DNA of 64,000 nt from Nemertoderma westbladi (GCA_032718475.1 JAUCBJ010007806.1:1-64000); one strand, 5' to 3'; positions 12,995 to 25,100 are shown, counted from the stretch's first letter. The notes: a model not told the origin generated them from the sequence alone. Numbers and translations are program-made.

Positions 12995-13172
12995 GATAAT
13001 TGTTGGATAGCCTGTACAAAAATTGGATAACTGTTGGATAGCCTGTGCACAGATTGGATAACTGTTGGATAGCCAGTGCACAGATTGGATAACTGTTGGA
13101 TAGCCAGTGCAAAAATTGGATTAACTGTTGGATAGCCTGTGCAAAAATTGGATAAATGTTGGATAGCCTGTA
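12995..13172 (-). repeat. 31-bp minisatellite, inverted copy (right arm), cut by the LINE insertion and resuming at ~17553
   Basis: TTGGATAGCCTGTGCAAAAATTGGATAACTG units; ...GATAGCCTGTA at 13172 joins CAAAAATTGGATAAC at 17556. Confidence 0.9.
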
Positions 13173-13508
13173 GTTAGTTAGTTAGTTAGTTGTTTATTGA
13201 CATAATTTTTGAGATGGAAACTCGCATGTAATTCAAACCCTTCACCAATAGAGACACACACATTGATACATTGGCTACATACGTTTAATGCAATAATACC
13301 CTCCACCAATACACACTTAAAATTAAGTCCAATTATACGCCGCTTCGTAATGCAAAAATGCGAAAAAAAAAAAAAAAAAAATTCAATATGTACATAACGC
13401 TCGTTTTTGTTCGTGTTCGTGAAATGGGCTAAACTTAATGAGATGTATACTTAATTATTTGATTTCTTATTAATTTACGGTTATTTTAATCCCTTCCTTG
13501 TTATTAAT

Positions 13509-16500
13509 TTACACTTGTGCGGGCTCTAATACTTTAATAATTTTATGGCACATTGATGCGGATCGGGTTCCGAGGTTATCAAATACTCTGGATAGGGATG
13601 ATGATGGTGGTGGAAAGTCGAAATCCAAGCGAATACTTTCGGTTAGTGGGCAGACAAAGAATATGTGATGATCTGATTGGGTAGAACCACATAAGCATTT
13701 ACGATTCTCTCTCGGAATCCGAGACCATCGGAATATCTCCATTGGTAGCCGATAGGAACTCAATCTGATCCTTGAAAATGAGATTCTCTCCCACTCGGGT
13801 ACATTAGGGTCAGAGTATAAATCGTGGGGTTTCTGAGTTGGGTTGTATGCCACATAATTCACACACCTTGTCATTATGGCTGTAAGAGTTCGATCTTTTG
13901 CAGCTTGGAGTTCCGACATGACATGACCCGTATCTAATAGCTCTTTGGCGTATTTTCCCATTGGTGAGTTTACTGATGTAGCTTCGTTCATAATGTAGTT
14001 ATGATAACTGTCTTTATATCCAGGCCGTGAGGACAATGACCTCAGGAACTTTAACTGCCGATTCTTAATGATACTCTTGACATGTTCAGTGCCAGTTTCA
14101 ATAAGGACGAGATCATTTGGTGTTGTTAATCGAACTGAGAGTAGTTGTTTAAGCGTTCTGTAAAACACTGAAACAATTCGTTTGATGTTATTACATAACC
14201 ATGTTTCGCATCCGTATAATAGCGAAGATTGGAGAGCAGCCTGCCATACTGACTTCTTCACGGTAAAGGGAGCGTCGCAGTTTTTGCCGAGGAATGAAGT
14301 GAAATTGTGGCAGTTACCAATACGCATCTTAATTTCGTCATCAATTTGAACCGCTACGGGGTGAATTGATATTAAAGATCCCAAATAGACATATGAGGAT
14401 ACAATTGAGATTGTGATGTTCCCTATCAAGATGGGGATTCTGTCGCTATTGAGAGTGGATGAGGTCAGAAATTTCGACTTTTTAGGATGTAAAGTCATTC
14501 CAATTTCATCGCATACATCTTTAAGGATGTTAAGTTTATCAGTTAACTTTGCTCGGGAGGTAGCCAATACACATGTGTCATCCATTAATAATGTTCCATG
14601 AAGAGAATCTAGCCAACTGTCCTTTCCTAAACGATCCATTTTTGTAATTGTAGGGTCTATGTGTGTACAAAATAGTGGACAGCTGGAAGGCTTACCCTGT
14701 CCTACACCGCCCGTACTCTCAAACGTTGTGTTGCCTATTACATTTATAGTTTCCTGCATTGATACTGATAAAGCCATAAGAAACCTTCTGCCACAACCCA
14801 TCTGTTTCAATTTCCTGAGTAAGACTATCCTGTCAACTTTGTCATAGGCCTTCTCGTAGTCGATGAAGGCAATGAATAACTATCGCTTTGTTTTGATGGC
14901 AATATCGATTGCCAAACGAACACACAATATCTGTTCAGTACAGCCTCGTCCCTTCTGTGCGCCTGCCTGATATTGAGACGGTTTCGACCATAAATTAAAA
15001 CGCTCAGTAAGGACGGAGTCGTACAATTTAGACAAGGCCGGAGCGACCGAAATTCCCCGATAATTCACTGGTAGTGACTTAATTCCTTTCTTAAAAATCG
15101 TAAACATCAGGGAAGTGGACCAATCTGTGGGGTATGGGACCTTACCAGAGAAAACATCGTTAAAGCATAAAGTAACTGCAATTAGCCAGTCATCGCTTAA
15201 TAATTTGAGGATTCCTGGAGGTAGACCATCTATTCCTGCCGATTTTGAAGCTTTAAATTTCGCTAAGTAGATTGAAACTTCGTTCGGGTTTATATCGCTG
15301 TCTAGAATTGGAATAAAGATTTCTATTGACTTTATTTCGTTGTTAATTACATCTGTGATAGATTGTGCATGTTCCTGAGAAGATAACAGCTGCTTGAAAT
15401 AAGCGGCGAATTGCTCACTAGAAGGGCTTTCTGAGTATTTTTTTGAGATAAGTTGAGAGTTATAGCAAATAGACCCATTCCAATCTATTGCATTCCAAAT
15501 AGTTTTCAGGTCGACTTTATTGACTAACCACTTCCATCTATTATTTGAGTTCCTTTCGTGTGTACTGCGGTTAATAGGCATGACGTGTGGTTTCTTTTGA
15601 GTTTTCGATTGTATAGCTAGATTTGTTAGGGTTGTTGTTATTACTGAGTGCATGTTGTCACCGCTTTGTGGCCTGGGTATGTTGCTAAGCCGGTGTTTGA
15701 ACAATTCGTGGTTGATCGAGTTATAGTGCAGTTTTGGCTTATTATTTGGTATTAATGGTTGTACAGAAATACCTAATTGTGATGAGCGTGCTACTAGACT
15801 TGACACATCAAGGGGTTTAATTTTTAACTCAAAAGATAAACCGGCATGATTAGTGCAATCTAGATTCTGTAGGAAATTTAAATATGTAAAATGCTGCAAC
15901 AACTCGGCTGAGCAGATCACCCAATCAACTTGGGATACCCAGTTCGTGCCCTGTCTAAATGTGAGGCTGCTGTTGAAGCTATTGCCTGTTAAAATTGCAT
16001 GATTCAAAGGTTTTAAATTATGTAGTTGGCATAGCTGTTTTAATTCACGGCCGTTTGCATTTAACTTATTATCAACATTTCCTGAGTATGTTAAGGTGGT
16101 ACCATGTTTCAACAAGTTGTCACTAAATAAATTTAAATCATTCATCCTAGCATTAAAATCTCCAAATATGACAAGTTTGTTAAATAAATGGCACTGTTCA
16201 CTAATATGTGCAAAGGAATCGAGCGTAAAAAATTGAGAGTCAGTGGGTGTAATATATATTGCACCGTATCTAATGTCCCTATCGAAAATAAATGAAAACC
16301 ACACTTGGTCTTTATATACAGTTATATCACTTACCCCCTCCCATAGAACTGATCGGATAAATACACCGGTTCCACCGCGGCGTGATTCTCCTGGGATTCG
16401 TTGACTGCAAGTAAATACATAACCAGGAAGTCCTACTTGGTGCTGGGTTTTAAGTTCTGTTACCGCAATAATATCATAATCGTACAAAATGTCAGTAAAA

Positions 16501-16568
16501 ACTTTAGATTCAAATTTACCTCCAATTCCATTAATATTACAGCACAATACAGATATCGAGTTTTCCAT
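13509..16568 (-). pseudogene. LINE ORF2 (APE endonuclease-RT-CCHC), ~1020 codons with one in-frame TAG at 14880
   Basis: CCNING, VTE, IFGDFNAR, SQVDWVI (APE); KSAGIDG, NYRGIS, QAGAQKGRGC, DYEKAYDKV, GVGQG, LLMDDT, YVYLG (RT); RIPRENRKCLCGSTQSDHHIFFVCP. ORFs 14880..16568 and 13509..14810 are in the same frame. Confidence 0.93.
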
Positions 16569-16576
16569 CTCAGTTT

Positions 16577-17460
16577 TTATAAAAACCGCGGGTTATACTT
16601 ATCAACAAACTTACCGTCGACGAGTAAGCCTCTCTGTTTCCAGTCGATTCGTATTTCTTTTCCCTGATTTTCAGGTTTTGCCTTCTCTGCTTTTAGCGAT
16701 TCGAATAACCGGGACTTTTCTTTCCGTACCGCTGGATGGGTGTCTCGTCGAATAAATATCTTCTCATATTCTGCACCGGCTTCTTTGAGGGATTTTGAGT
16801 TATTGATAATGTCATTGACAGTGGATCTGTCATTGAAACTTCAGTGGTCTGTTATAACCTGGTTTAGCATTACCAATTCGTTCGTTGTTTACAAAACTCA
16901 TGCCGAAATGTTGATGAGACATAGCGCATAGAACCGCCAATCATTTCTCATCATCCGACGTTGCCTTTGAACCGTTAGGATTGTTGGTTGAGTACGGTGT
17001 ATTCCGGAACTCCTATTACAATAATATTTAAGGAGCACTTCTCGCGATCGAGATATTCCAAGTACCTTTGTTGATTAGAAACTGTTTCATTCAGCACTGT
17101 GCTATCTTCCTGCAGTCCTTTAACCGTTACAGTTAAGGATTTATTCTCGATTTTTAACATGTTAACTTCGGATCTCAGTACACGATTCTCTTCGCGCAGT
17201 TCTTGCAGTTGCGTTTCAATTCGGGATTGCGATTGCAGCAAGGAGCTAACCCACGCAGGAGTGTTCAACGAGTCGATGTTAGTAGTGTCGTTACCAGTAT
17301 CAATGGAGCTTCTCCGTTGGGATTGCGAGAAGTTAAACGAAGCTGCAGGTGCACCCAAACGCGTATCTCTACATTTGGAGCACAGGCCGGCCCCAGTTAA
17401 TTTAGTTTGAGTTCCATTGCAGTCAATACACTGCGGCATTATACGTACGCGTAGCGGCAT
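16577..17460 (-). pseudogene. LINE ORF1 (Cys knuckle, coiled coil, RRM-like region), disrupted
   Basis: MPQCIDC...GLCSKC, heptad region RIETQLQELREENRVLRSEVNML and LNIIVIGVPE, then a stop at 16975. The C-terminus AEKAKPENQGKEIRIDWKQRGLLVDGKFVDKYNPRFL* ends 8 nt before the ORF2 ATG. Confidence 0.8.
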
Positions 17461-17936
17461 AGGCAAAACACAGTATACCGTCGTTACAGCAATACTTTTT
17501 TGACGCAATACACTACACCCAGTACAACAATAGTAATAGTTGCAAAAATTAGGTACAAAAATTGGATAACTGTTAATAACCGGTAACAACAAACTGTCAG
17601 TAAATATTACTATCCCAAATATAACACCAATGGAATACTAAATATAGACGAAACTGCAAAATTTCATCAATATTTTTGGACCCGAAATAATTTTTCAATA
17701 AAGTGGTTGCACATGCCATAGGAAGCTGAGAAAAAAAAATTACGTGACCGGAGCGTTCTCGAGATATTACCCGTATTTTATTTACCAATAAGAAATCTGG
17801 GCTGCGTTGTTGTACAGTATTGTTAATATTTTGGTTTATCAACAATATTATTATTAATAGACAAGTTTTCATTTATATTTAGTATTTCATGAACCACAAA
17901 GGAAATACTAAATGCATAACAAACAATTGTGATAAT

Positions 17937-18062
17937 AATTTAACGATTCGAAGTCTAACCAATGCTAGCTACTCTAATCTAACGAATCGAAGTCTAACCA
18001 ATGCTAGCTACTCTAATTTAACGATTCGAACTCTAACCAATGCTAGCTACTCTAATTTAACA
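17937..18062 (+). repeat. 39-bp tandem repeat x3 (AATTTAACGATTCGAAGTCTAACCAATGCTAGCTACTCT)
   Basis: Read directly; lies in the presumed 3' UTR or flank of the receptor gene. Confidence 0.9.
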
Positions 18063-18265
18063 CACTTTCGAGTCGTATTACTATACTATTTACATTCAAC
18101 CAAATTGATTCCAATTGATTCAAATAGGAAAATGTAAAACATTCTGATTGTAAGTATAGCTATTATTAGTATAAACAATTTATTCAACCATATAAATATA
18201 TTTTAGAATACTAAATAGAAAAAGTCGGACAAGTTGTATAGTTATCTCATTCGATCCATTACTAG

Positions 18266-19142
18266 CTAGATTCCATAGACTTCCTTAGCATTTAAATAGT
18301 CCCGATTGTCCTCATTCAATGCGGATTGGTTGATTATTCCAGCTCCGGTAACTTCTGATTGGTTGACATATATTGGGGATACTGTCTTACTCATGCATGC
18401 ACGGTTATCTGATTGGTTGTTCATTGAGGATTCCGCAAGTTGTGATTGGTTAACATAAACTGAAGGCACCGATTGAGTGATTCCAGAAGAGCCATTTAAT
18501 CGGTTGTTAATGAAAGGTGCATCATTATCAGCTGTGTTGCTATTCTCTAGCCCTCTCTCCCCTCCCCTGTGTTGCTATTCTCTTGCCATCTCCCCTCCCC
18601 TGTGTTGGTATTCTCCACAGTGAATGTGTTCCGGAAATTTGTATCAGTTTCTGTAGTTACCTTGTTTCTTCCAACTTTAGGTTCATCGATAGTATCATAG
18701 GGATGGTCATCATTTGTTATCTGATCATCTCGACTACTGGAGGTGAGCGGAGTAAGATTGAAAGGTGACTGATTCGTTGTTGATGGGTGATTTATAGCTC
18801 TCTCATTGGCTGTTTGATTTATAGTTATCACATTGGCTGGTGGATTTAGATAGCTCTCATTGGCTGGTTGGTTTCGAGAACTCTCAGTGTCTAATGCCCG
18901 ATTGTTTGAAGCTCGAATGGCTGGTATCTCTAATTCTTCATAGGGGTGACTCGGGATGTTAGCTGGACCATCCAGCCCATATACAACTGTGTCATCGTAG
19001 ACAGGACTACGAGATTTTCTATTCCGATATCTTTTGAGTAAAATAATTGCCAATACGACTATAACAATCACTGCAAATCCACATCCAACCACCCCACCTA
19101 TCAGCGGTATAGTAGGATCATAATAGTCTACAATTTGTTGAC
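18266..19142 (-). CDS. terminal coding exon of an IgSF receptor: TM helix and Tyr-rich cytoplasmic tail (stop at 18547 as assembled; probable ancestral stop at 18266)
   Basis: Acceptor TTCAATCTTCCAG| at 19143 in phase 1. Encodes GQQIVDYYDPTIPLIGGVVGCGFAVIVIVVLAIILLKRYRNRK (TM plus basic stop-transfer), then YDDT, YEEL, YLN and YDTI; a shifted frame adds YVN, YVN, YLN and EVYGI*. Confidence 0.8.
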
Positions 19143-19299
19143 CTGGAAGATTGAATAAGAAATTTTATATAATTTATATCAAACAAACGTCCGCAACCGT
19201 CAACTACAAACTGAAGTAACAATCGCAGTTATTCTGTTTGAGTATATCTCAGGGTTCGTTTAATTATATTTATTTTATTATTAAATTTAATTGCAGCCG

Positions 19300-19560
19300 T
19301 GGAAATGTGATATAACATCGACATCATCTGTATCAAAAGAACATCGGATGACGACGATGAAGACACTGCCATGAAGTACAATGACATTGGAAACGGATGG
19401 ACGTTAGTAACAAGCTCAGGAGAAAGAAACTCGGCCAATGTTTCAATTGGTAGAGTAGGAATTCGGCTAAGCCCATTTGCACTTTAGACACTAAACAACA
19501 TCGAATCTATAATTTCCAGGGTCATGATTGCAACATTAGATTGGAATTCCAAGACACTGC
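19300..19560 (+). mobile_element. decayed RTE-type endonuclease fragment in intron
   Basis: Translates as GNGWTLVTSSGERNSANVSIGRVGIRLSPFAL*TLNNIESIISRVMIAT, matching the RTE APE N-terminal pattern. Confidence 0.7.
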
Positions 19561-20004
19561 ATGTTGTAATTTTGTTTTGAACCACTGAGTTGGGTTAAAG
19601 TACCGGTACGCCTAGAGAGAGAGACCTACAGAAAGATGAAATACTTTGTTTCCGTTTGGTAATAAGTTTTCAGTCGATCTTTTGACGAGAAGCAAATTGA
19701 GCCAAATTAAAAAGAAGTTATTCTAATTTTATATGCTATACAATATATAGTTAATATTATAGTAATATATATAAATAGATATAATAAATATAATAAAATA
19801 TATGTATAGTTAAAATTATAGAAATTTAATTTTAGGTTCCCCCCTATATTATAGTATCCCAACCCAAATACGTTATAATATAGACTTCTAATACTGGCGT
19901 TCAATTCACACCATTTATATATATCTATCTATAATGGTTGGAAAACAATTTGAGCCACCACCATGCAGCAATCTACAATAATTAAATTGCTATAAAGCAG
20001 CGTG

Positions 20005-20421
20005 CTTTAAGAATGCTATGGCGGTTTATCAACACAACCGCGCCGCCAAAACTTCCTATCCCCCGCTCAAAATAGTCGAACCTCTAGAATTCCAATGAAT
20101 TCTATTTGACTTCAAAATCCTGGCGATCCCATTCAACGCTGCCTATGCCTCCCCTACGAATTATAAAGGTTTCACCTGACTTCCGGATCCAAGAGACTTC
20201 CGGATCCATGAGACTTCCGGATCCATGAGACTTCCGGATCCATGAGACTTCCGGATCCAAGAGACTTCCGGATCCATGAGACTTCCGGATCCATGAGACT
20301 TCCGGATCCATGAGACTTCCGGATCCATGAGACTTCCGGATCCATGAGACTTCCGGATCCAAGATCCCAGGTAGCAGAAGTTATTCACATGCTCAAGTAT
20401 ACCATCCTTTGAGCTTATGCT
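20005..20421 (-). mobile_element. decayed fragment related to the RTE at 9.7-12.5 kb, containing a 17-bp minisatellite
   Basis: 20350-20421 matches 10310-10380 and 20008-20062 matches 9766-9822. Confidence 0.8.
20178..20364 (+). repeat. 17-bp minisatellite (GACTTCCGGATCCATGA), ~11 copies
   Basis: Read directly. Confidence 0.95.
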
Positions 20422-20775
20422 TTATGTTCAGACATTATCTGGGGACTGTCGAAGTGTTCACACAATGGATCAGTTTTGTTACAGTTCAACATTACTCTCT
20501 CTCAAATGACACGGTTTCAGTAACAGACCAGACAGGTTATTCTATAGGTATAAGAGTAACATGATAAAATAAAGTAATAGTAACGCATTTTAAGCAACCA
20601 TGTTCAGCATGATCCGGTCTCTTGAATATAATCTTAAGGTGAACGAAATACATTTTTGACAGACCAATCAATATCAAGCAAATTAAATAATGTATGTTTT
20701 TTTTTATTATTATGCAAAAAAAAATATACTTTGTTCAACCCAAGATTGTATAAAAGTTAACATATTATATCTTAC

Positions 20776-21402
20776 CTGATGCTGGTTCACCTTCTATTAC
20801 AGGAGTTGGATCCTGACAACCGAGCTGATTACAGGCCACCACGGCGAAATAATGACGTTCATTGGGTAATCCTGGGACGATTATGTAAGAATCACATGTA
20901 ATTCCTGATGTTTTAGAAACACTTGCACCGTTACTGTTGGTGTACTCAACTCTAAACCATTGATTAGTTCCACCATTGAATCCCGGTGTCCAACTAACTT
21001 TTACACTAGAAGAGTCAACAGCTTCTACTTTAACTCCAGTCGGCATATGTGGAGGTCCTTCAGCATCTAAGTTAACGTTACATTCAACCTCAGTATTACT
21101 GCTAGGGATACCATTTCCAACCCTCCCAAAGTAGGTTGGATTTAGATCTTCTCTCGTTACATTATATATAGTTAGCCTTAAAACAGCTGTACTTTTATAC
21201 TCAGAGTTCTCCACTACAACTGATGTTCTATATTTATCACCATCGGGCAGCTTCTTATTTACGTCAACTCCACTAATCCAATAGACACTCGATTCAATAA
21301 CAGCTGGATAACTTTCCATTGTACATGTTAGATTAACCTCCGTCCCAAAAACTCCTATAACAGTTCGCTCTGTGGTGTCATTGTGAATCCAATATGGTTT
21401 GT
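20776..21402 (-). CDS. internal exon of a nephrin/sidestep/echinoid-like IgSF receptor: one Ig domain plus one FN3 domain
   Basis: Acceptor TTTTTTTCTTTAG| at 21403 and donor G|GTAAG at 20775; 627 nt, phase 1-1. Ig: VNLTCTMESYP..VYW..LRLTIYNVTREDLNPTY. FN3: GPPHMPTGV..VKVSWTPGFNGGTNQWFRVEY..YFAVVACNQLG. Confidence 0.88.
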
Positions 21403-21649
21403 CTAAAGAAAAAAATGTGTTTGTATTGTAATTATATTTATTATGTGGGAGATGTGAATTCAATGCAACCAAACAATGACACCAAGGTGGAACCTTGGAA
21501 TCAGAGTCTGGAAGTTATCAATAGTTCAAACACGACTGAATAAGGAAATGGTAAATTATAACATTGCGAGCTTCGAACTTGATATTTTATCTAGACATTG
21601 ATCATGTTGCAATCAAGCAGCAAAATCTTAAAGTAGCCAGATTCTGGAA

Positions 21650-21749
21650 TATACAATGTAAATGGGACAATATGATAATGCTCTCCATATTTACATTGTA
21701 TATTTGATTCACCGCGTCACTCGCCCCACAACAATTCCCTTATTATTAT
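21650..21749 (+). mobile_element. ~100-bp insertion with 11-bp flanking direct repeat, internal inverted repeat and (TAT)n tail
   Basis: AGATTCTGGAA at 21639-21649 and 21750-21760; AATATACAATGTAAAT / ATTTACATTGTATATT arms; ends in TATTATTAT. Confidence 0.5.
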
Positions 21750-21929
21750 AGATTCTGGAACAGTTACTGCGTTATTGGTCGTATTGATGTACGTTATATC
21801 ATTAATATGATTTATAATTAATGACCTGAAGTTCGTATTGTTTGTTTTGTTTGTACTCTGTTTATCCGACTGTGAGCGGATTCAACTCTGCCCACCACCC
21901 CATAAAGTTGGGAAGTGGCGCCTTTAAGC

Positions 21930-22170
21930 AATATTGGGGATACGAGGTTAATCCCCAATTAACCTCGTATCACACACCCAATAAACGGGGACAACAAACC
22001 CCGAAGGGCCACACAAAGGGAGGTCAGAGGTTAAACCTCCGGGATGAGGAAAGTGACAGCAGCGGGGGGGGGGGGGGAAGCACTCCCACAGAGGTGAGAG
22101 GCGGGAAGTGGGCCAACAGCCAATGAGAGCAGGGGGGAAGGTATCCACTGGACGAAGGCCGTAGTAGTGT
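21930..22170 (+). mobile_element. possible Penelope-like element remnant (ORF tail and pLTR-like segment)
   Basis: GYEVNP-like ORF end, AGCCAATGAGAG box and CACTGGACGAAGGCCGTAG, which resembles the 5' half of a pLTR hammerhead; truncated at the satellite. Confidence 0.35.
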
Positions 22171-22175
22171 ACTAA

Positions 22176-25100
22176 TTACATACGGAATAGCCATACAACT
22201 GTGAAAGTGAATGTTAGTTATTGCATACGGAATAGCCATACAACTGTGAAAGTGAAAGTTAGTTATTGCATACAGAATAGCCATACAACTGTGAAAGTGA
22301 AAGTTAGTTATTGCATACGGAATAGCCATACAACTGTGAAAGTGAAAGTTAGTTATTGCATACGGAATAGCCATACAACTGTGAAAGTGAAAGTTAGTTA
22401 TTGCATACAGAATAGCCATACAACTGTGAAAGTGAAAGTTAGTTATTGCATACGGAATAGCCATACAACTGTGAAAGTGAAAGTTAGTTATTGCATACGG
22501 AATAGCCATACAACTGTGAAAGTGAAAGTTAGTTATTGCATACGGAATAGCCATACAACTGTGAAAGTGAAAGTTAGTTATTGCATACGGAATAGCCATA
22601 CAACTGTGAAAGTGAAAGTTAGTTATTGCATACGGAATAGCCATACAACTGTGAAAGTGAAAGTTAGTTATTGCATACGGAATAGCCATACAACTGTGAA
22701 AGTATTAAAGTTAAAGTTAGTTATTGCATACGGAATAGCCATACAACTGTGAAAGTGAAAGTTAGTTATTGCATACGGAATAGCCATACAACTGTGAAAG
22801 TGAAAGTTAGTTATTGCATACAGAATAGCCATACAACTGTGAAAGTGAAAGTTAGTTATTGCATACGGAATAGCCATACATACAACTGTGAAAGTGAAAG
22901 TTAGTTATTGTATACGGAATAGCCATACAACTGTGAAAGTGAAAGTTAGTTATTGCATACAGAATAGCCATACAACTGTGAAAGAGAAAGTTAGTTATTG
23001 CATACGGAATAGCCATACATACAACCCTGAAAGTGAAAGTTAGTTATTGCATACGGAATAGCCATACAACTGTGAAAGAGAAAGTTAGTTATTGCATACG
23101 GAATAGACATACATACAACCCTGAAAGTGAAAGTTAGTTATTGCATACGGAATAGCCATACAACTGTGAAAGAGAAAGTTAGTTATTGCATACGGAATAG
23201 CCATACAACTGTGAAAGTGAAAGTTAGTTATTGCATACGGAATAGCCATACATACAACCCTGAAAGTGAAAGTTAGTTATTGCATACGGAATAGCCATAC
23301 AACTGTGAAAGAGAAAGTTAGTTATTGCATACGGAATAACCATACAACTGTGAAAGTGAAAGTTAGTTATTGTATACGGAATAGCCATACAACTGTGAAA
23401 GTGAAAGTTAGTTATTGCATACGGAATAGCCATACATACAACCCTGAAAGTGAAAGTTAGTTATTGCATACGGAATAGCCATACAACTGTGAAAGTGAAA
23501 GTTATTTATTGCATACGGAATAGCCATACAACTGTGAAAGTGAAAGTTAGTTATTGCATACGGAATAGCCATACAACTGTGAAAGTGAAAGTTAGTTATT
23601 GCATACGGAATAGCCATACATACAACCCTGAAAGTGAAAGTTAGTTATTGCATACGGAATAGCCATACAACTGTGAAAGTGAAAGTTAGTTATTGCATAC
23701 GGAATAGCCATACAACTGTGAAAGTGAAAGTTACTTATTGCATACGGAATAGCCATACATACAACCCTGAAAATGAAAGTTAGTTATTGCATACGGAATA
23801 GCCATACAACTGTGAAAGTGAAAGTTAGTTATTGCATACGGAATAGCCATACATACAACCCTGAAAGTGAAAGTTAGTTATTGCATACGGAATAGCCATA
23901 CATACAACCCTGAAAGTGAAAGTTAGTTATTGCATACGGAATAGCCATACAACTGTGAAAGTGAAAGTTAGTTATTGCATACGGAATAGCCATACATACA
24001 ACCCTGAAAGTGAAAGTTAGTTATTGCATACGGAATAGCCATACATACAACCCTGAAAGTGAAAGTTAGTTATTGCATACGGAATAGCCATACATACAAC
24101 CCTGAAAGTGAAAGTTAGTTATTGCATACGGAATAGCCATACAACTGTGAAAGTGAAAGTTAGTTATTGCATACGGAATAGCCATACATACAACCCTGAA
24201 AGTGAAAGTTAGTTATTGCATACGGAATAGCCATACAACTGTGAAAGTGAAAGTTAGTTATTGCATACGGAATAGCCATACATACAACCCTGAAAGTGAA
24301 AGTTAGTTATTGCATACGGAATAGCCATACAACTGTGAAAGTGAAAGTTAGTTATTGCATACGGAATAGCCATACAACTGTGAAAGTGAAAGTTAGTTAT
24401 TGCATACGGAATAGCCATACATACAACCCTGAAAGTGAAAGTTAGTTATTGCATACGGAATAGCCATACATACAACCCTGAAAGTGAAAGTTAGTTATTG
24501 CATACGGAATAGCCATACATACAACCCTGAAAGTGAAAGTTAGTTATTGCATACGGAATAGCCATACAACTGTGAAAGTGAAAGTTAGTTATTGCATACG
24601 GAATAGCCATACATACAACCCTGAAAGTGAAAGTTAGTTATTGCATACGGAATAGCCATACAACTGTGAAAGTGAAAGTTAGTTATTGCATACGGAATAG
24701 CCATACATACAACCCTGAAAGTGAAAGTTAGTTATTGCATACGGAATAGCCATACAACTGTGAAAGTGAAAGTTAGTTATTGCATACGGAATAGCCATAC
24801 AACTGTGAAAGTGAAAGTTAGTTATTGCATACGGAATAGCCATACATACAACCCTGAAAGTGAAAGTTAGTTATTGCATACGGAATAGCCATACAACTGT
24901 GAAAGTGAAAGTTAGTTATTGCATACGGAATAGCCATACAACTGTGAAAATGAAAGTTAGTTATTGCATACGGAATAGACATACAACTGTGAAAGTGAAA
25001 GTTAGTTATTGCATACGGAATAGCCATACATACAACTGTGAAAGTGAAAGTTAGTTATTGCATACGGAATAGCCATACATACAACCCTGAAAGTGAAAGT

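Larger units (their letters stand above)
13173..17550 (-). mobile_element. near full-length two-ORF LINE (RTE-X-like; clade assignment tentative)
   Basis: ORF1, ORF2, a 3' UTR, AATAAA and a (TAAC)n tail at 13173-13197; inserted within the 31-bp array. Confidence 0.92.
9119..17616. mobile_element. foldback/MITE-like inverted-repeat structure with 31-bp minisatellite arms, enclosing two LINE insertions
   Basis: GGATAGTAATATTTACTGACAG-TTGTTACC(C/G)GTTATTAACAGTTATCCAAT at 9119 matches the reverse complement of 17560-17616. Inverted similarity continues inward (9410-9598 versus 12883-13005). Confidence 0.7.
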
